A stretch of DNA of 64,000 nucleotides from Malacoraja senta. Taxonomy: Eukaryota. Both the position numbers and the translations under genes were made by a program. Every line of letters begins with the position of its first letter. Positions within the stretch are counted from its first letter, which is position 1. The DNA lies in contig JAXLNO010000446.1 of the NCBI GenBank assembly GCA_038087875.1, positions 124,001 through 188,000 of the forward strand, read 5' to 3'. Shown piece by piece: positions 36,119 to 49,769 of the stretch. The notes below the pieces were generated by a model. It did no database searches, was not told the origin of the DNA, and was given only the letters and a program-made list of their open reading frames with translations.

Positions 36119-39100
36119 CATAGATACATAGATACATAGAAAATAGGTGCAGGAGTAGGCCATTCGGCCCTTCGAGCCTGCACCGCCATTCAATATGATC
36201 ATGGCTGATCATCCAACTCAGTATCCCGTACCTGCCTTCTCTCCATACCCCCTGATCCCTTTAGCCACAAGGGCCACATCTAACTCCCTCTTAAATATAG
36301 CCAATGAACTGGCCTCAACTACCCTCTGTGGCAGAGAGTTCCAGAGATTCACCACTCTCTGTGTGAAAAAGTTTTTCCTCATCTCGGTCTTAAAGGATTT
36401 CCCCCTTATCCTTAAGCTGTGACTCCTTGTCCTGGACTTCCCCAACATCGGGAACAATCTTCCTGCATCTAGCCTGTCAAACCCCATAAGAATTGTGTAC
36501 GTTTCTATAAGATCCCCTCTCAATCTCCTAAATTCTAGCGAGTATAAGCCAAGTCTATCCAGTCTTTCTTCATATGAAAGTCCTGACATCCCAAGAATCA
36601 GTCTGGTGAACCTTCTCTGCACTCCGTCTATGGCTATAATGTCCTTCCTCAGATTTGGAGACCAAAACTGTATGCAATAGTCCAGGTGTGGTCTCACCAA
36701 GACTATGTACAACTGCAGTAGAACCTCCCTGCTCCTATACTCAAATCCTCTTGCTATGAAAGCCAACATACCATTCGCTTTCTTCACTGCCTGCTGCACC
36801 TGCATGCCTACTTTCAATGACTGGTGTACCATGACACCCAGGTCTCGCTGCATCTCCCCATTTCCTAATCGGCCACCATTTAGATAATAGTCTGCCTTCC
36901 CGTTTTTGCCACCAAAGTGGATAACCTCACATTTATCCACATTATACTGCATCTGCCAAACATTTGCCCACTCACCCAGCCTATCCAAGTCACCTTGCAG
37001 TCTCCTAGCATCCTCCTCACAGCTAACCCTGCCCCGCAGCTTAGTGTCATCCGCAAACTTGGAGATGTTGCTTTCAATTCCCTCATCCAGTTCATTAATA
37101 TAAATTGTAAATAGCTGGGGTCCCAGTACTGAGTCTTGCGGTACCACACTAGACACTGCCTGCCATTGTGAAAAGAACCCGTTTAATCCTACTCTTTGCT
37201 TCCTGTTTGCCAGCCAGTTCTCTAGCCACATCAATACTGAACCCCCAATACCATGTGATTTAAGTTTGTATCCTAATCTCTTATGTGGTACCTTGTCGAA
37301 AGCTTTCTGAAAGTCCAGATACAACACATCCACTAGTTCTCCCCTATCCACTCTACTAGTTACATCCTCGAAAAATTCTATAAGATTCGTCAGACACGAT
37401 TTACCTTTCGTAAATCCATGCTGACTTTGTCCAATGATTTCACCACTTTCCAAATGTGCTGCTATCCCATCTTTAATAACTGACTCTAGCAGTTTCCCCA
37501 CTACCGATGTTAGACTAACTGGTCTGTAATTCCCCGTTTTCTCTCTCCCTCCCTTTTTAAAAAGTGGGGTTACAATAGCTACCCTCCAATCCTCAGGAAC
37601 TACTCCAGAATCTAAAGAGTTTTGAAAAATTATCACTAATGCATCCACTATTTCTGGGGATACTTTCTAAAGTACTCTGGGATGCAGCCTATCTGGCCCT
37701 GGGGATTTATCGGCCTTTAATCCATTCAATTTACCTAACACCACTTCCTGGCTAACCTGGATTTCACTCAGTTCCTCCATCTCATTTGACCCCCGGTCCC
37801 CTTGTATTTCCGGCAGATTATTTATGTCTTCCTTAGTGAAGACAGAACCAAAGTAGTTATTCAATTGGTCTGCCATGTCCTTGTTCCCCATGATCAATTC
37901 ACCTGTTTCTGACTGCAAGGGACCTACATTTATTTTAACTAATCTTTTTCTCTTCACATATCTATAAAAACTTTTGCATTCAGTTTTTATGTTCCCTGCC
38001 AGTTTTCTTTCATAATCTATTTTCCCTTTCCTAATTTAGCCCTTTGTCCTCCTCTGCTGGACTGAATTTCTCCCAGTCCTCTGGTAGGCTGCTTTTTCTG
38101 GCTAATTTGTACGCTTCATCTTTTGTTTTGATACTATCCCTGATTTCCCTTGTTATCCACGGATGCACTACCTCTTCCCTGATTTATTCTTTTGCCAAAC
38201 TGGGATGAACAATTGTTGTAGTTCATCCATGCAGTCTTTAAATGCCTTCCATTGCATATCGACCGTCAACCCTTTAAGAGTCAATTGCCCGTCAATCTTG
38301 GCCAATTCACCTCATACCCCTCAAAGTTACCTTTCTTTAAGTTCAGAACCCTTGTTTCTGAATTAACAATGTCACTCTCCATCCTAATGAAGAACTCAAC
38401 CATATTATGGTCACTCTTGCCCAAGGGGCCAGGCACAACAAGACTGCTAACTAACCCTTCCACATTACTCAATACCCAGTCTAGAATAGCCTGCTCTCTC
38501 GCAGCTCTACCCATAATGATTCCACATCCTCCAAGCTAATGTCCTTCCTTTCTATTGCATTAATCTCCTCTCTAACCAGCAACGCTACCCCACCTCCTTT
38601 TCCTTTCTGTCTATCCCTCCTGAATATTGAATATCCCTGGATGTTCAGCTCCCAGCCTTGGTCACCCTGGAGCCATGTCTCCGTGATCCCAACTATATCA
38701 TAATCATTAATAGCTATCTGCACATTCAACTCATCCACCTTATTACGAATGCTCCTTCCATTGAGACACAAAGCCTTCAGGCTTGTTTATACAACGCTCT
38801 TACCCCTTATACAATTATGTTGAAAAGTGGCCCTTTTTGATTTTTGCCCTGGATTTGTCTGCCTGCCACTTTTACTTTTCACCTTGCTACCTATTGCTTC
38901 TATCCTCATTTTACACCCCTCTGTCTCTCTGCTCACACATTTAAGAAACCCACCACCTCTTATTCTCTGTTTATTATTTTTTCTTCTTTCCCCCCTACAT
39001 GTTAGGTTTGAGTTCTTCCATTCTCTGCCTCCTGCCTCACAAACTGTCTACTAGCTTTCTCGATTTGAGTCCCTCCCCCCAACCGTTCTAGTTTAAAGTC

Positions 39101-39193
39101 ACCGCAGTAGCCTTTGCAAATCTTCCTGCCAGGATATTGGTCCCCCTCGGGTTCAAGTGCAACCCGTCCTTTTTGTACAGGTCACACCTTCCA
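36119..39193 (-). pseudogene. Long CR1 LINE: end of esterase-type ORF1, endonuclease (internally deleted) and RT
   Basis: 39090-39190 reads YKKDGLHLNPRGTNILAGRF* (SGNH esterase DxxH block); 38481-38771 NGRSIRNK..GITETWL; 36218-37648 is a 476-aa RT ORF. Confidence 0.96.
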
Positions 39194-40073
39194 CAATCTG
39201 TCTATCTCTGCCTTTAAAATATCCATTGACGGCCTCCACAGCCATCTGCGGCAATGAATTCCACAGATTCCCCACCCTCCGACTAAAGAAATTCCTCCTC
39301 ATCTCCTTCATAATGGAACATCCTTTAATTCTGAAGCTATGACCTCTGGTCCTGGACTCTCCCACTAGAGGAAACATCCTCTCCACATCCACTCCATCCA
39401 GGCCTTTCACTATTTGGTAAGTTTCAATGAGTTTCCCCCTCATCATCTAAACTGCAGGGAGTACAGGCCCAGTGCCGACAAACATGTTGAGGCCAGGTGC
39501 TGTGAGCTCAGTGTATAACTTTATTGAGCCTGTTCATTTTTGATTGAGTACCAATGTTGATTGATTGCTAAAAGTCAATATACACCCCAACCTTTGATAG
39601 AAGACCCAGACCTCGTGTTGAGGAATGGTCTCACTTCTTGTGTCAGTACGTTCTTGCATCCATTCATTGGGCAGAACCGTGTTGATCGTTGGGTGGTGGT
39701 TCATGGCGATCAACTATTGCATCTCAACACATCTTGGTCACGTGTGTGCAGTGTCTGATATTTGGGTCACATGTAAAGTCATCCAGCTGTATGGCAAGGA
39801 AACAGGCCCTTCGGCCCACCTAGTCCACGCTGACCAAGTTGGCATACTAGGCTAGTTCCACTTACCTGCATTGGGAAGGTACAGTGAAAAGCTTTTGTTG
39901 CATGCTATCCAGTCAGCGGAAAGACAATACAATTACAATCGAGCCATTTACAGTGTACAGATACATGATAAGGGAATAACTTTTAAACGCAAGGAAAAGC
40001 CAGCAAAGTCCGATCAAAGATAGTCCGAGGGTCACAAAAGAGGTAGATAGTAGTTCAGGAGTGCCCTCTAGTT

Positions 40074-40301
40074 CAAGGGTTCCCAACCTGGGGTAAATTT
40101 CTCCTCCCCAGGGGTAGATTTGTTGATTCTGGATTTGTACATATTGTTTCTCATTGACTGACTGTGTTTGGTTCTGGTATCTGTTCATCATTAGTTGTTC
40201 GTAAATAAGTGGAATAACATTGTGGAATAAGTGGAATAACATTGTTATGTGCTATTAAAGTTGCCAGGGGTAAACGGGACGAAATAGGTTGGGAACCCCT
40301 G
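40074..40301. mobile_element. hAT (Charlie-like) MITE
   Basis: TIRs CAAGGGTTCCCAACCT / AGGTTGGGAACCCCTG; the 8-bp flanks differ (CTCTAGTT versus ATCTACAG). Confidence 0.8.
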
Positions 40302-40934
40302 ATCTACAGACTATCCTCTACAGAGTTAAAATTGCCCCTGAGATCCCTCTTAAATCTATCCCATCTCATCTTAAACCTGTTCCTTCTAGTTTTAGAACCC
40401 TCTACCCTGGAACAGAGACTGTGGGTGTTAATGTTATCCATCCCTCATGATCTTGTACACCTCAACATGCTGACCCTTCAGTATAGTATTCACCAAAGGA
40501 AAATAGGTCCTAGCCTATCCAACCTTCCCCATAACTCAAGCCTGCAAGCCCAGGTAATAGATAGGGTGAACACACAGAGTCTTTTCCCCATTCCAGGGGA
40601 ATCAAGAAGCAGAGGACAGAGGTACAAGGTGAGAGATGAAAGATTTAATAGGAACCAGTAGAGCAACTTTTTCATACACAGAGAGTGGTGGGCACGTGGA
40701 GAAAGCCCATGCGATCACATGCGGAATGTTTTTCTCATCTCGGTCCTAAAAGACTTCCCCCTTATCCTTAAACTGTGACCCCTTGTTCTGGACTTCCCCA
40801 ACATCGGGAACAATCTTCCTGCATAAAGCCTGTCCAACCCTTAAGAATCTTGTAAGTTTCTATAAGATCGCCCCTATAAGATTCAGATAATAGTCTACTT
40901 TCCTGTTCTTGCCACCAAAGTGGATAACCTCACA

Positions 40935-43900
40935 TTTTACTTCAGAGTCACGTAAGTGACTACGTGAAGAAGCCCGCCAGCCCGCATGCGCGTCAATACG
41001 TCTAACGCATGGCGCACGACTGGCTGGGAGGAGCGTCGCTCCTCCAGCGGTAAGTTTTAAAAAGCCTGCAGGTAAGTTTTAAACTTATTCTGAGGTGGTA
41101 TTTTTTGGTTGGAGTAATCTCTTTTACAGAGTTTGCTACGGATATGGAATCCAGGGCGAAATCCCGATGGGCCGCGGGGAAACCGGCTACGGAGGACCGC
41201 GGGAGTGCAGGTAGCCGGCGGCCGGCGCTTTCGCCGTCCGAGTCACTGACAGTGCGGTCAGCAACTTCCGACTTGGTGCTTGCCGAAAGCGCCTTGGCAA
41301 CCCCGAAAGGGGGGAAAGCCAAAAGGAAGTCGGATAGGGCTGTTGACTCAGATGAGTGAGGCCAGGAGGAGTCGCCTCCTACAATCATGGATAGCGTCTT
41401 CGGGCGTTTATCCCGGATGGAGCACCTTATGGAAAGGATGCTCCATCATGATATGCTCCGTGAAACGGAAACATATCAGCGCAGGCCTCCTCGGGGACCT
41501 GCGGCAGCGCCTGGTCCAGGGCTGCATAATGTCTCCCACTCTGAGGAGGGGAGCGTACGGGGTCAGTATTGGACTGACTCCAAATTCGGAGGTATGTCTG
41601 GGGAACATACCGGGATGCACGACATACGTGAGGTTCAAGAATTGCCTGCCATGGCATCAAGGTTCGCAATACCCTCACAAACAGGGGAGCCGCTGCAGGA
41701 AGAGCTAGCTTCCAGCATAAATTACCTCACATCGCACCAATTGCAGGAACAGGTGATGGTGGAAACAACTTCAAAATATCATACACCTGCAAATTGTGCA
41801 TCCCTGAAAGTGCCTGCTGTGAACAGCTCTATCTGGGGATATATTGGAGGGGCATCAAAGCCCAGGAGATGAAATTCCAAAGAATCTTAAAATTGCTGGC
41901 TTCAGGCATTACGGCATTTGCCAGATCTGTGGATGGCGGACCCTTATCAGATATCCAGCAGGATGCCCTGGCATTGATGTGCAATGCACATTTCGAAATA
42001 AACTGTTTTCGGAAGAACGCCATCAGACCTGCCCTGAATCCCAAATTTGCAGGCTTATGTAAGGCCAGCAATGTCCAGCCGCTGAATCTTCTGTTCGGGG
42101 AAGATCTACCGAAGCAGGTAAAAGACCTGGATGAAGAAGCAAAAGCTGTCGGGCTGATCAAGGCACCAGTGACGAGCAAAGCTTCACCGTTTTGGCGGCA
42201 ACACCCCTACGCTTCCATCAGCAGTAAGCGGTTCACTGAAGCTGGTGGCAGCTCGAAAGCTGAATGCTCTGGGCAGAGGTCTTTTTTAGGCCAAGGCCCA
42301 AGCCGGCCCCCATGGAAAATGCGCAATCCGTGCATTCTAGCAGTCCTACCCTCCAAACCTCGAGGGCGGAAATAGAACCTGCATCAAGGGCCTTTCGGTC
42401 TACCATAAGACCACCGGTAACCACGGAGGTAGGTGGGTCTGGTTCTTTCCGGAACATTGGGTGTGTGGACCAGTTACAAGTTGGTGGTAGATTACACTTG
42501 TTTTTGCATGAATGGCATTGGATAACATCAGATCTGTTTATACTGCACAGTATACAAGGGTTCAAAATTGAATTTTTTCCCAATTCATTGCCACCCACAC
42601 AGCATTCACAAAGCCGGACGTTTGTTCATTCCCAACAGGAAGGTTTGGATATACAAGCTGAAATTCACACATTATACTCAAAAGGGGTAATCGAGAAGTC
42701 GAGTTATGAACATCACCAATTCGTCTCTAATATATTCCCCAGACAAAAGAAAGATGGAGGGTATCGAATCATCTTTGATTTAACACAACTTAACTCTTAT
42801 GTGCAGTATAGACATTTCAAAATGGAAAACTTCGTTACTGCCAAACAGCTGATTTCCAAAGGATACTTCATGGCATGCATCAATCTCAAAGATGCATACT
42901 ATTCGGTGCCCATTCACAGGGATCACCGGTGATATTTCAAATTTAGCTGGATGGGGCAACTGTGGCAGTTTAAAGCATTGCCTAATGGGTTAACTTCAGC
43001 CCAAGATTATTTACCAAATTAATGAAACCGGTGATTGGGCTACTTAGAGCTCAAAAACACATTGTTATGGCATAACTGGATGATATTGGGAAAACACTGC
43101 AATTAGCTAAATTAGCTGTTTCAGCCACGAAACTCACATTTGATAAATTGGGGTTTCTCATCCATCCAGTTAAATCTAAGTTGATACCAACTAGAATTAT
43201 TGATTATTTGGAATTTACCTTTAACTTTATTAATATGTCTGTGACTCTGCCCTGGGGCAAGAGATTAGAATTAATAGAAGCCTGCAACAACCTTGTTGTT
43301 ATGAAGCAGCCTTCTATTCGCCAGGTAGCTAGTGTAATTGGCAATATAGTGGCTGTTTTTCCAGCTGCGAAATTTGGGCCTTTGCATTATCAGAATTTAC
43401 AACGTGCAAAGGAGCATGCTCTCAAGTACTATTTAGGTCATTTTAACAGACCTATGCTATTACCAGCTGAAACTATCAGAGTTACAATGGTGGACGACCA
43501 ATATTCAACATTGCTCCAGTAACATTTTGGTCAGTAACCTTCAGTTATATTACAAACTGATGCTAGGGCTCAAGGATGGGAAATTACTAATACCATCTCT
43601 AGTTGCGGAGGCAGATGGGATGTGCATGAGTTACCAATTCTTCAGTTATGGTATCAACTACCTAGAGATACTGGGGGCATTCTATGGGTTAAAGGCTTAT
43701 TGTGGGAATATGCATAATCTGCATGCTCAACTACAAGTTAATAACACTACGGCGGTTGCATATATTAATGACATGGGTGGAATCAAGTCAGTATCCTGTG
43801 ATAGTTCACCTAACCTCATTTGGCGCTGGTGTATCGTCACGTAAATGTAATGACAACACAGAATGGATGATGGATCACAAAGTATTTAATGACATTGTTG

Positions 43901-46590
43901 CTCGGTTGGAACACCGAATATCGATTTGTTTGCATCTAGGCTCAATCACCAGTTGCAAAAATATGTGGCATGGCAGCCAGACCCAGGGGCAGTGGCGATG
44001 GATGCATTCTCGCTACACTGGGGAAGAATGTTCTTTTATGCCTTTCCTCCATTTTGCCTCATCAGTCGGGTCTTGCAAAAAATCCAGCAAGATTCCGCTT
44101 CAGGCATTTTCGTAGTGCCTGACTGGCCTATGCAGCCATGGTTCCCGCTGATGTTGGGAATGATAATAGCACCTTATATGGTTATTTCTAAACACAAAAA
44201 TTTGCTGGTTCATCCCATGACTCGGGTAGCCACCCTCTGCATGATAGAATCAATTTATTGATTTGCAGACTCTAAGAAGACCGTTCCTGGGGCTCGGGTT
44301 GTCAGACCGAACCGTGGACGTGATCACTGCAGCTTGAAGGGATAGCACCAAAAAGCAGTACATTTCCTGATCAGATGGGAAGTTTTTTGTTTAAATGATA
44401 ACATAACATATAATACGGCACAGATAACTGACGTCTTGGAGTTCCTTTCAAATGGTTCTTTGACAAAAAATTAAGTTATAGTGCCATTCACTGTGCCAAA
44501 AGTGCCTTGTCATCATATTTGCTGCTGGGATCAGGACCCACTCTGTCGGGTCTCATCCTCTGATATCCAGATTTATGACGGATATCTTTAACACAAATCC
44601 TCCCAGGCCCAGGTACACGGTAGTATGGGATATTAACATTGTGTTAACACTACTTCGCCGGTGGGCTCCAGCTACATCCTTATCTTTGGCCCAGCTTTCA
44701 TATAAGGTAGTTATGCTCATGGCGCTGGTTTCAGCGCAACGCGTCCAGTCGTTGCATAAGCTACGGCTGAACAGAATGGTTATATCTACCAACAAAATAA
44801 CGTTCTATGTAAATAAGTTAATTAAACTAAGCAGACCGGGGGCATTGGGTCTAAAGCTGGAATTTCTGGCATATCCTATGGACCACAGATTGTGTGTTGT
44901 CACACATATTCATCAATATTTTAAGGCTACAAAGAATCTTAGAGGCACTGAGCTTCCAATGTTCGTTAGCCACAAAAATCACACAAGAGGGTTTCAGTGT
45001 AGACCATCTCCAGATGTTTTCGATATGTATTGGCTTGTGCAGGAGTGAACACTGATGTTTTTTTTAATCTCACTCCACCAGGCCTGCGATAACGTCAGCA
45101 GCAAGGTTCATGGAGGTTCTGCTGGACCGCATCCTAGCGACAGTAGGATGGTCAAATGAGCGGACTTTCCAAACCTTTTATAATAAACCGATTGCCAGGC
45201 CGGGTTCATTTGCCATCTCAATTTTAAGTTCTATTCAATAATTTGCTTATTATTTGCTTATTAATAGCATCAGCATGTTTTAAATCTATGACATGTCTGA
45301 ATGCATTATCTTTTCAATCATTTCTGGTCAACTAATAATAATAATAATAATAATAATGGATTTTATTTACGGGCGCCTTATACCGAGGTCTCAAGGACAC
45401 CATACAGAGATTTATAGAAAACATATAATCAGAGTTTTAAAAAAATAGGTTATAAAGACCAATACATAAATCAGGGACAGAATTCCTTCCAAAAACACGA
45501 AAAAAGAAAATCAGAAGCACAATTTGAGGAGAGAGCAGCGGCAATTTAACGCCAGCGTCCACTCTCCCCTCCGACCGCCATCTTGAAGACAGACTAACAA
45601 ATACAATTACAAACAATTACATACAAAAATCATCCCCCCACAATGATTTCCACTGTGGGGGAAGGCACAATGTCCAGTCCCCAGCCCCAGTTCACCCAGG
45701 CCAAATGAAGCCCCCGCTATTGCCTCTACGGAGGCCCGGTGATCCAGGCCGTTCTCGCCGGGTGATGTAGCCCCGGCGTCGGGAGAGTCCTCCAGCAGCT
45801 GGGCCATCTGGAACGGCCGCATCCCTCACCAGAGGCCGTAACTACGGCTGGAACGGCCGATTTCCCGCAGGCGTCCGCAGCACCTGAAGCCGACAAGGCC
45901 GCGCCGATTTGGAGCCACGAGGCTCCCGATGTCGGAGAATCGGCGCCGCCGCCCGCGAATGGTCGCTCCAGTCCCGGAGGTGTTGAGCTCGACGGTCCAG
46001 CTCACCGGAGCTCCAGCGCGTCGGTCCAGCGCGGCGACCCAGGCAAGGCATCGCCCGCTCCGCTGCACAGTAGCGCTCCAGCGCCGTGCCGCCACCGAAG
46101 CTGAGGGTGCTGTGCGGTTCCCGCCAGGAAACGCCGCTCCACGCCGCTCCAAGCCCGCTGGTAGGCCGCGAGGACGGGTCGAATGGGCAGCCGGAGAGAA
46201 GGCTGCCTCACCGACCAGGTAGGGACCAGGAAGTGGTTTCCCCTTGATCCCCCCCACATTAAAGGCAGAATAAATAAAAACAAAGACTTAAAGAAAAGTA
46301 ATAAACTTAGTAAAAAAGTACAATTAACGGACGGCTGCTGTTTTGCAGCCGTTCCTCAAGATGGCTCCTCCGCTCGCAACCCTCTTCTCATAAAGGTCAT
46401 GTGGTAGTTCTAGTTTCTCGAATCTTCCTATAATCAGTTTAGCAACTGGTTTCTGTGACTTCACACCGCTGCTTTGAAGGTTGACGCGCATGCGGGCTGG
46501 CGGGCTTCTTCACATAATCCCTCATCGTAACTCCTCATAAAATAAAGATCAAACTTCAAACTGGTAAGTTCTCGTTTAATCTTCCTATTT
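40935..46590 (+). mobile_element. DIRS-type tyrosine-recombinase retrotransposon, both termini present, defective
   Basis: Inverted terminal repeats (GTGAAGAAGCCCGCCAGCCCGCATGCGCGTCAA at about 40963 and its complement at about 46481). Gag-like about 41145-42375, RT about 42420-43520, RNase H about 43527-43850, MTase-like 43926-44261, YR about 44270-45240. Inserted at ATTT in a CR1 whose halves rejoin. Confidence 0.95.
45335..46375 (-). mobile_element. About 1-kb GC-rich non-coding retroposon with an L2-type 3' end and (ATT)n tail, nested in the DIRS
   Basis: Minus strand starts GGAGGAGCCATCTTGAGG and ends GGTGTCCTTGAG..AAGGCGCC..TAAATAAAA..(ATT)n. Confidence 0.65.
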
Positions 46591-47278
46591 ATTCACATTA
46601 TACTGCATCTGCCATGCATTTGCCCACTCACCCAACCTATCCAAGTCACCTTACCGCCTAGCATCCTCGTCAAAGCTAACACTGCCCCCCAGCTTTGTGT
46701 CATCTGCAAACTTGGAGATGTTGCATTCAATTCCCTCGTCCAAATCATTAATATGTATTGTAAATAGCTGGGGTCCCAGCACTGAGCCTTGTGGTACCCC
46801 ACTAGTCACTGCCTGCCATTCTGAAAAGGACCCGTTTACTCCTACTCTTTGCTTCCTGTGTGCCAGCCAGTTCTCTTTCCAAATCAATACTGAACCCCCA
46901 ATACCGTGTGCTTTAAGTTTGCATACTAATCTCTTATGTGGGACCTTGTCGAAAGCCTTCTGAAAGTCCAGATATAACACATCCACTGGTTCTCCCTTAT
47001 CCGCTCTACTAGTTACATCCTCGAAAAATTCTATAAGATTCGTCAGACATGATTTACCTTTCATAAATCCATGCTGACTTAGTCCAATGATTTCACCACT
47101 TTACAAATGTGCTGCTATCCCATCTTTAATAACTGACTCTAGCATTTTCCCCACTACCGATGTTAGACTAACTGGTCTGTAATTCCCCATTTTCTCTCTC
47201 CCTCCCTTTTTAAAAAGTGGGGTTACATTAGCTACCCTCCAATCCTCAGGAACTACTCCAGAATCTAAAGAGTTTTGA
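46591..47278 (-). pseudogene. CR1 RT fragment (host of the DIRS; continues at 40725-40934)
   Basis: ORFs 46651-47064 and 47101-47283 carry RT motifs; GTGGATAACCTCACATTT|ATTCACATTATAC rejoins across the DIRS. Confidence 0.93.
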
Positions 47279-47364
47279 ACCATGTTGAAAATTTTCTGAG
47301 ACTTGCTGCGACTATGACGGGTGCCGGCAGTAGTCGAAAAAATCGCGTAAGTGGGACAGGCCCA
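47279..47364. mobile_element. Probable Harbinger-type MITE end
   Basis: Ends AAGTGGGACAGGCCC (TIR-like GGGCCTGTCCCACTT); the partner end is absent. Confidence 0.45.
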
Positions 47365-47899
47365 ATAAGACTAAGTACTTCAATACTGGCTGTTACTTCA
47401 GATACCAGAGGAAGACTGCTCCGACGAGTCATCGGAGAGACAGCAGGAGCTCAGCACTCGCGCAGATCGGTTGAGAGAAGGATAGTAATGGTGAAATGCT
47501 GACAACTGTAGTGTCTCTGTGATGTATGGTTACAGCTTCAGCAAATATCGGAGGATCAGTCCGTGCCAGGGCAATATACTGCATCCCTCAGCCTGAGTTA
47601 TGTTTGTCCCATGAGTGAAATAAATAACGGTATTAAATACAACTTGTTTTGCTTGTAGCCTTGTAATTTTATTAAGGAGGAATCATTTCAAATTGAAATG
47701 TCGCACAATAAATTGTGGGAAAGTGCGTTCTTCCCCAGTTAACGCTGAACCTTGGATTTCTGAAAATTTATTTCCCCCATCAAGAGAAGAAAGAGAAAGA
47801 TTTAGCTTGTGTTAAACACTGCAATGACTCATTCAGGCTGGTCTGACTGCACCCCCCAGGCCTATCGCTTCTACCGCCAAGAAGGGGAAAGGGGACAGG

Positions 47900-48360
47900 C
47901 ACATGGAAACATTGAAACATAGAAAATAGGTGCAGGAGGAGGCCATTCGGCCCTTTGAGCCAGCACCACCATTCATTGTGATCATGGCTGATCGTCCCCT
48001 ATCAATAACCCGTGCCTGCCTTCTCCCCATATCCCTTGACTCCACTAGCCCCTAGAGCTCTATCTAACTCTCTCTTAAATCCATCCAGTGATTTGGCCTC
48101 CACTGCCCTCTGTGGCAGGGAATTCCATAAATTCACAACTCTCTGGGTGAAAAAGGTTTTTCTCACCTCAGTCTTAAATGACCTCCCCTTTATTCTAAGA
48201 CTGTGGCCCCTGGTTCTGGAGTCGCCCAACATTGGGAACATTTTTCCTGCATCTAGCTTGTCCAGTCCTTTTATAATTTTATATGTTTCTATAAGATAAC
48301 CCCTCATCCTTCTAAACTCCAGTGAATACAAGCCTAGTCTTTTCAATCTTTCCTCATATG
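47900..48360 (-). mobile_element. CR1 3' fragment
   Basis: ORF 48002-48346; same subfamily as the Helitron host. Confidence 0.93.
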
Positions 48361-48429
48361 AACATAGAACATATAGAACAGTATGGTACTAGCCCTTCGA
48401 CCCACAGTGTGCGGGCCAAACCTGGTGCC

Positions 48430-48618
48430 GTCTTCTTCTTGCTTTTGAGACAGCAGAAGTCTGCAGCAGAGTGATGCCATTCGTAGGTGCCCGCCCTAAA
48501 AGGGATGCATGCTCCGGGTTGGCGCCAAGCTGCGGTGCTGCTGCTGCCTCTGTTCGTTGTCGTTTGCCTGACTGAGATCAGTTGACAGCGCTCACTCACA
48601 ACATGACAACATGAGCCC
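48430..48618 (-). mobile_element. 189-bp short retroposon with an about 14-bp TSD
   Basis: CCAAACCTGGTGCC (48416-48429) and CCAAACTGGTGCC (48619-48631); a (GAA)n-type tail on the minus strand suggests RTE mobilisation. Confidence 0.65.
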
Positions 48619-49052
48619 CCAAACTGGTGCCAAGTTAAACTGATCGCCTTCTGCCTGTAAATTCCTCCATTCTCTGCATATTCATGTGCCTATCTAAAAT
48701 CTTCTCGCATGCCACAATCATGTCTCCCGGTGTGTCGCACGTGGCGAGAAGGTCTTCCGGCATGTCTCGCCCACCGCGCAACCAGGAACCCGACCAGTGA
48801 GGGAGGCCCAGAGAACCTGGCCCCTGCTCCCCTCTCAACACTGCACACCTCCACATTCAGGGACAGTTTCTTCCCATCTGTTATCAGGCAACTGAATCAT
48901 CCCACCACAACCAGAGATCAGTCCTGAACTACTATCTACCTCATCGGTACCCTCGGACTATCCTTGATTGGACTTTGATGGCTATATCTTGCACCAAATG
49001 TTAATCCCTTCTCATGTATCTATACACTGTAAATGGCTCAATTGTAATCATG

Positions 49053-49270
49053 TTTAGTTTAGAGATACAGCGCGGAAACATGCCCTTCGGCCCACCAAGT
49101 CCGCGCCGACCAGCGATCCCCGCACACTTACACTATCCTACACACACTAGGGACAATTTACTTCGGGGTGTGGGAGGAAACCGAAGATCTCGGAGAAAAC
49201 GCATGCAGGTCACGGGGAGAACATGCAAACTCCGAACAGACAGCACCCGTAGTTGGGATCAAACTCGGGA
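49053..49270 (-). mobile_element. V-SINE (HE1-like), partial
   Basis: TGTGGGAGGAAACCG..CACGGGGAGAACATGCAAACTCC is the reverse V-domain, with a CR1-like tail. Confidence 0.85.
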
Positions 49271-49769
49271 CAGAAAATGATCTGTTCCCAATGGAAACAT
49301 TGCTCAGCTTAATGAGAACAATGTTGACATAGAGATTCAAAACAATGTTATGAAATATATGTTGATAATGGCTCAATTAATTCCAACGATACTTTGTCAG
49401 TAATTCATCATAACATTGGCTCATTATATCATTATGGTTTACTAATGTTGTGACCCTTTATTCAAGGCAAAACAAAATGCCATGGAATTTTATGGAGCTG
49501 TTCACAGCTTCCAAAGCAAACAATACTGGAAATGTGGGCTCCAAATCCCAAATGTGAACTGATGGGTTACATGTGGGACTGTCTTGTATTTCTTGGCTTT
49601 GACACTGGTCTGGTCCAATTAACAGCAAAACAAACCATCAACCTTGTGTCAAACTGTGTTCCGTTAATCACTGGATGGTGTTAATTTACCGTCTCTTTCA
49701 GATTATGTCAAACATATGTTGCAGTGTTTTAGCTCACACGCATTCATCAGCTATACATGACTCAACGTG

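Noticed and set aside
45826..46283. GC-rich ORFs or a CpG-island promoter
   Set aside because: They lie inside a tailed retroposon nested in a DIRS; the long frames reflect high GC content.
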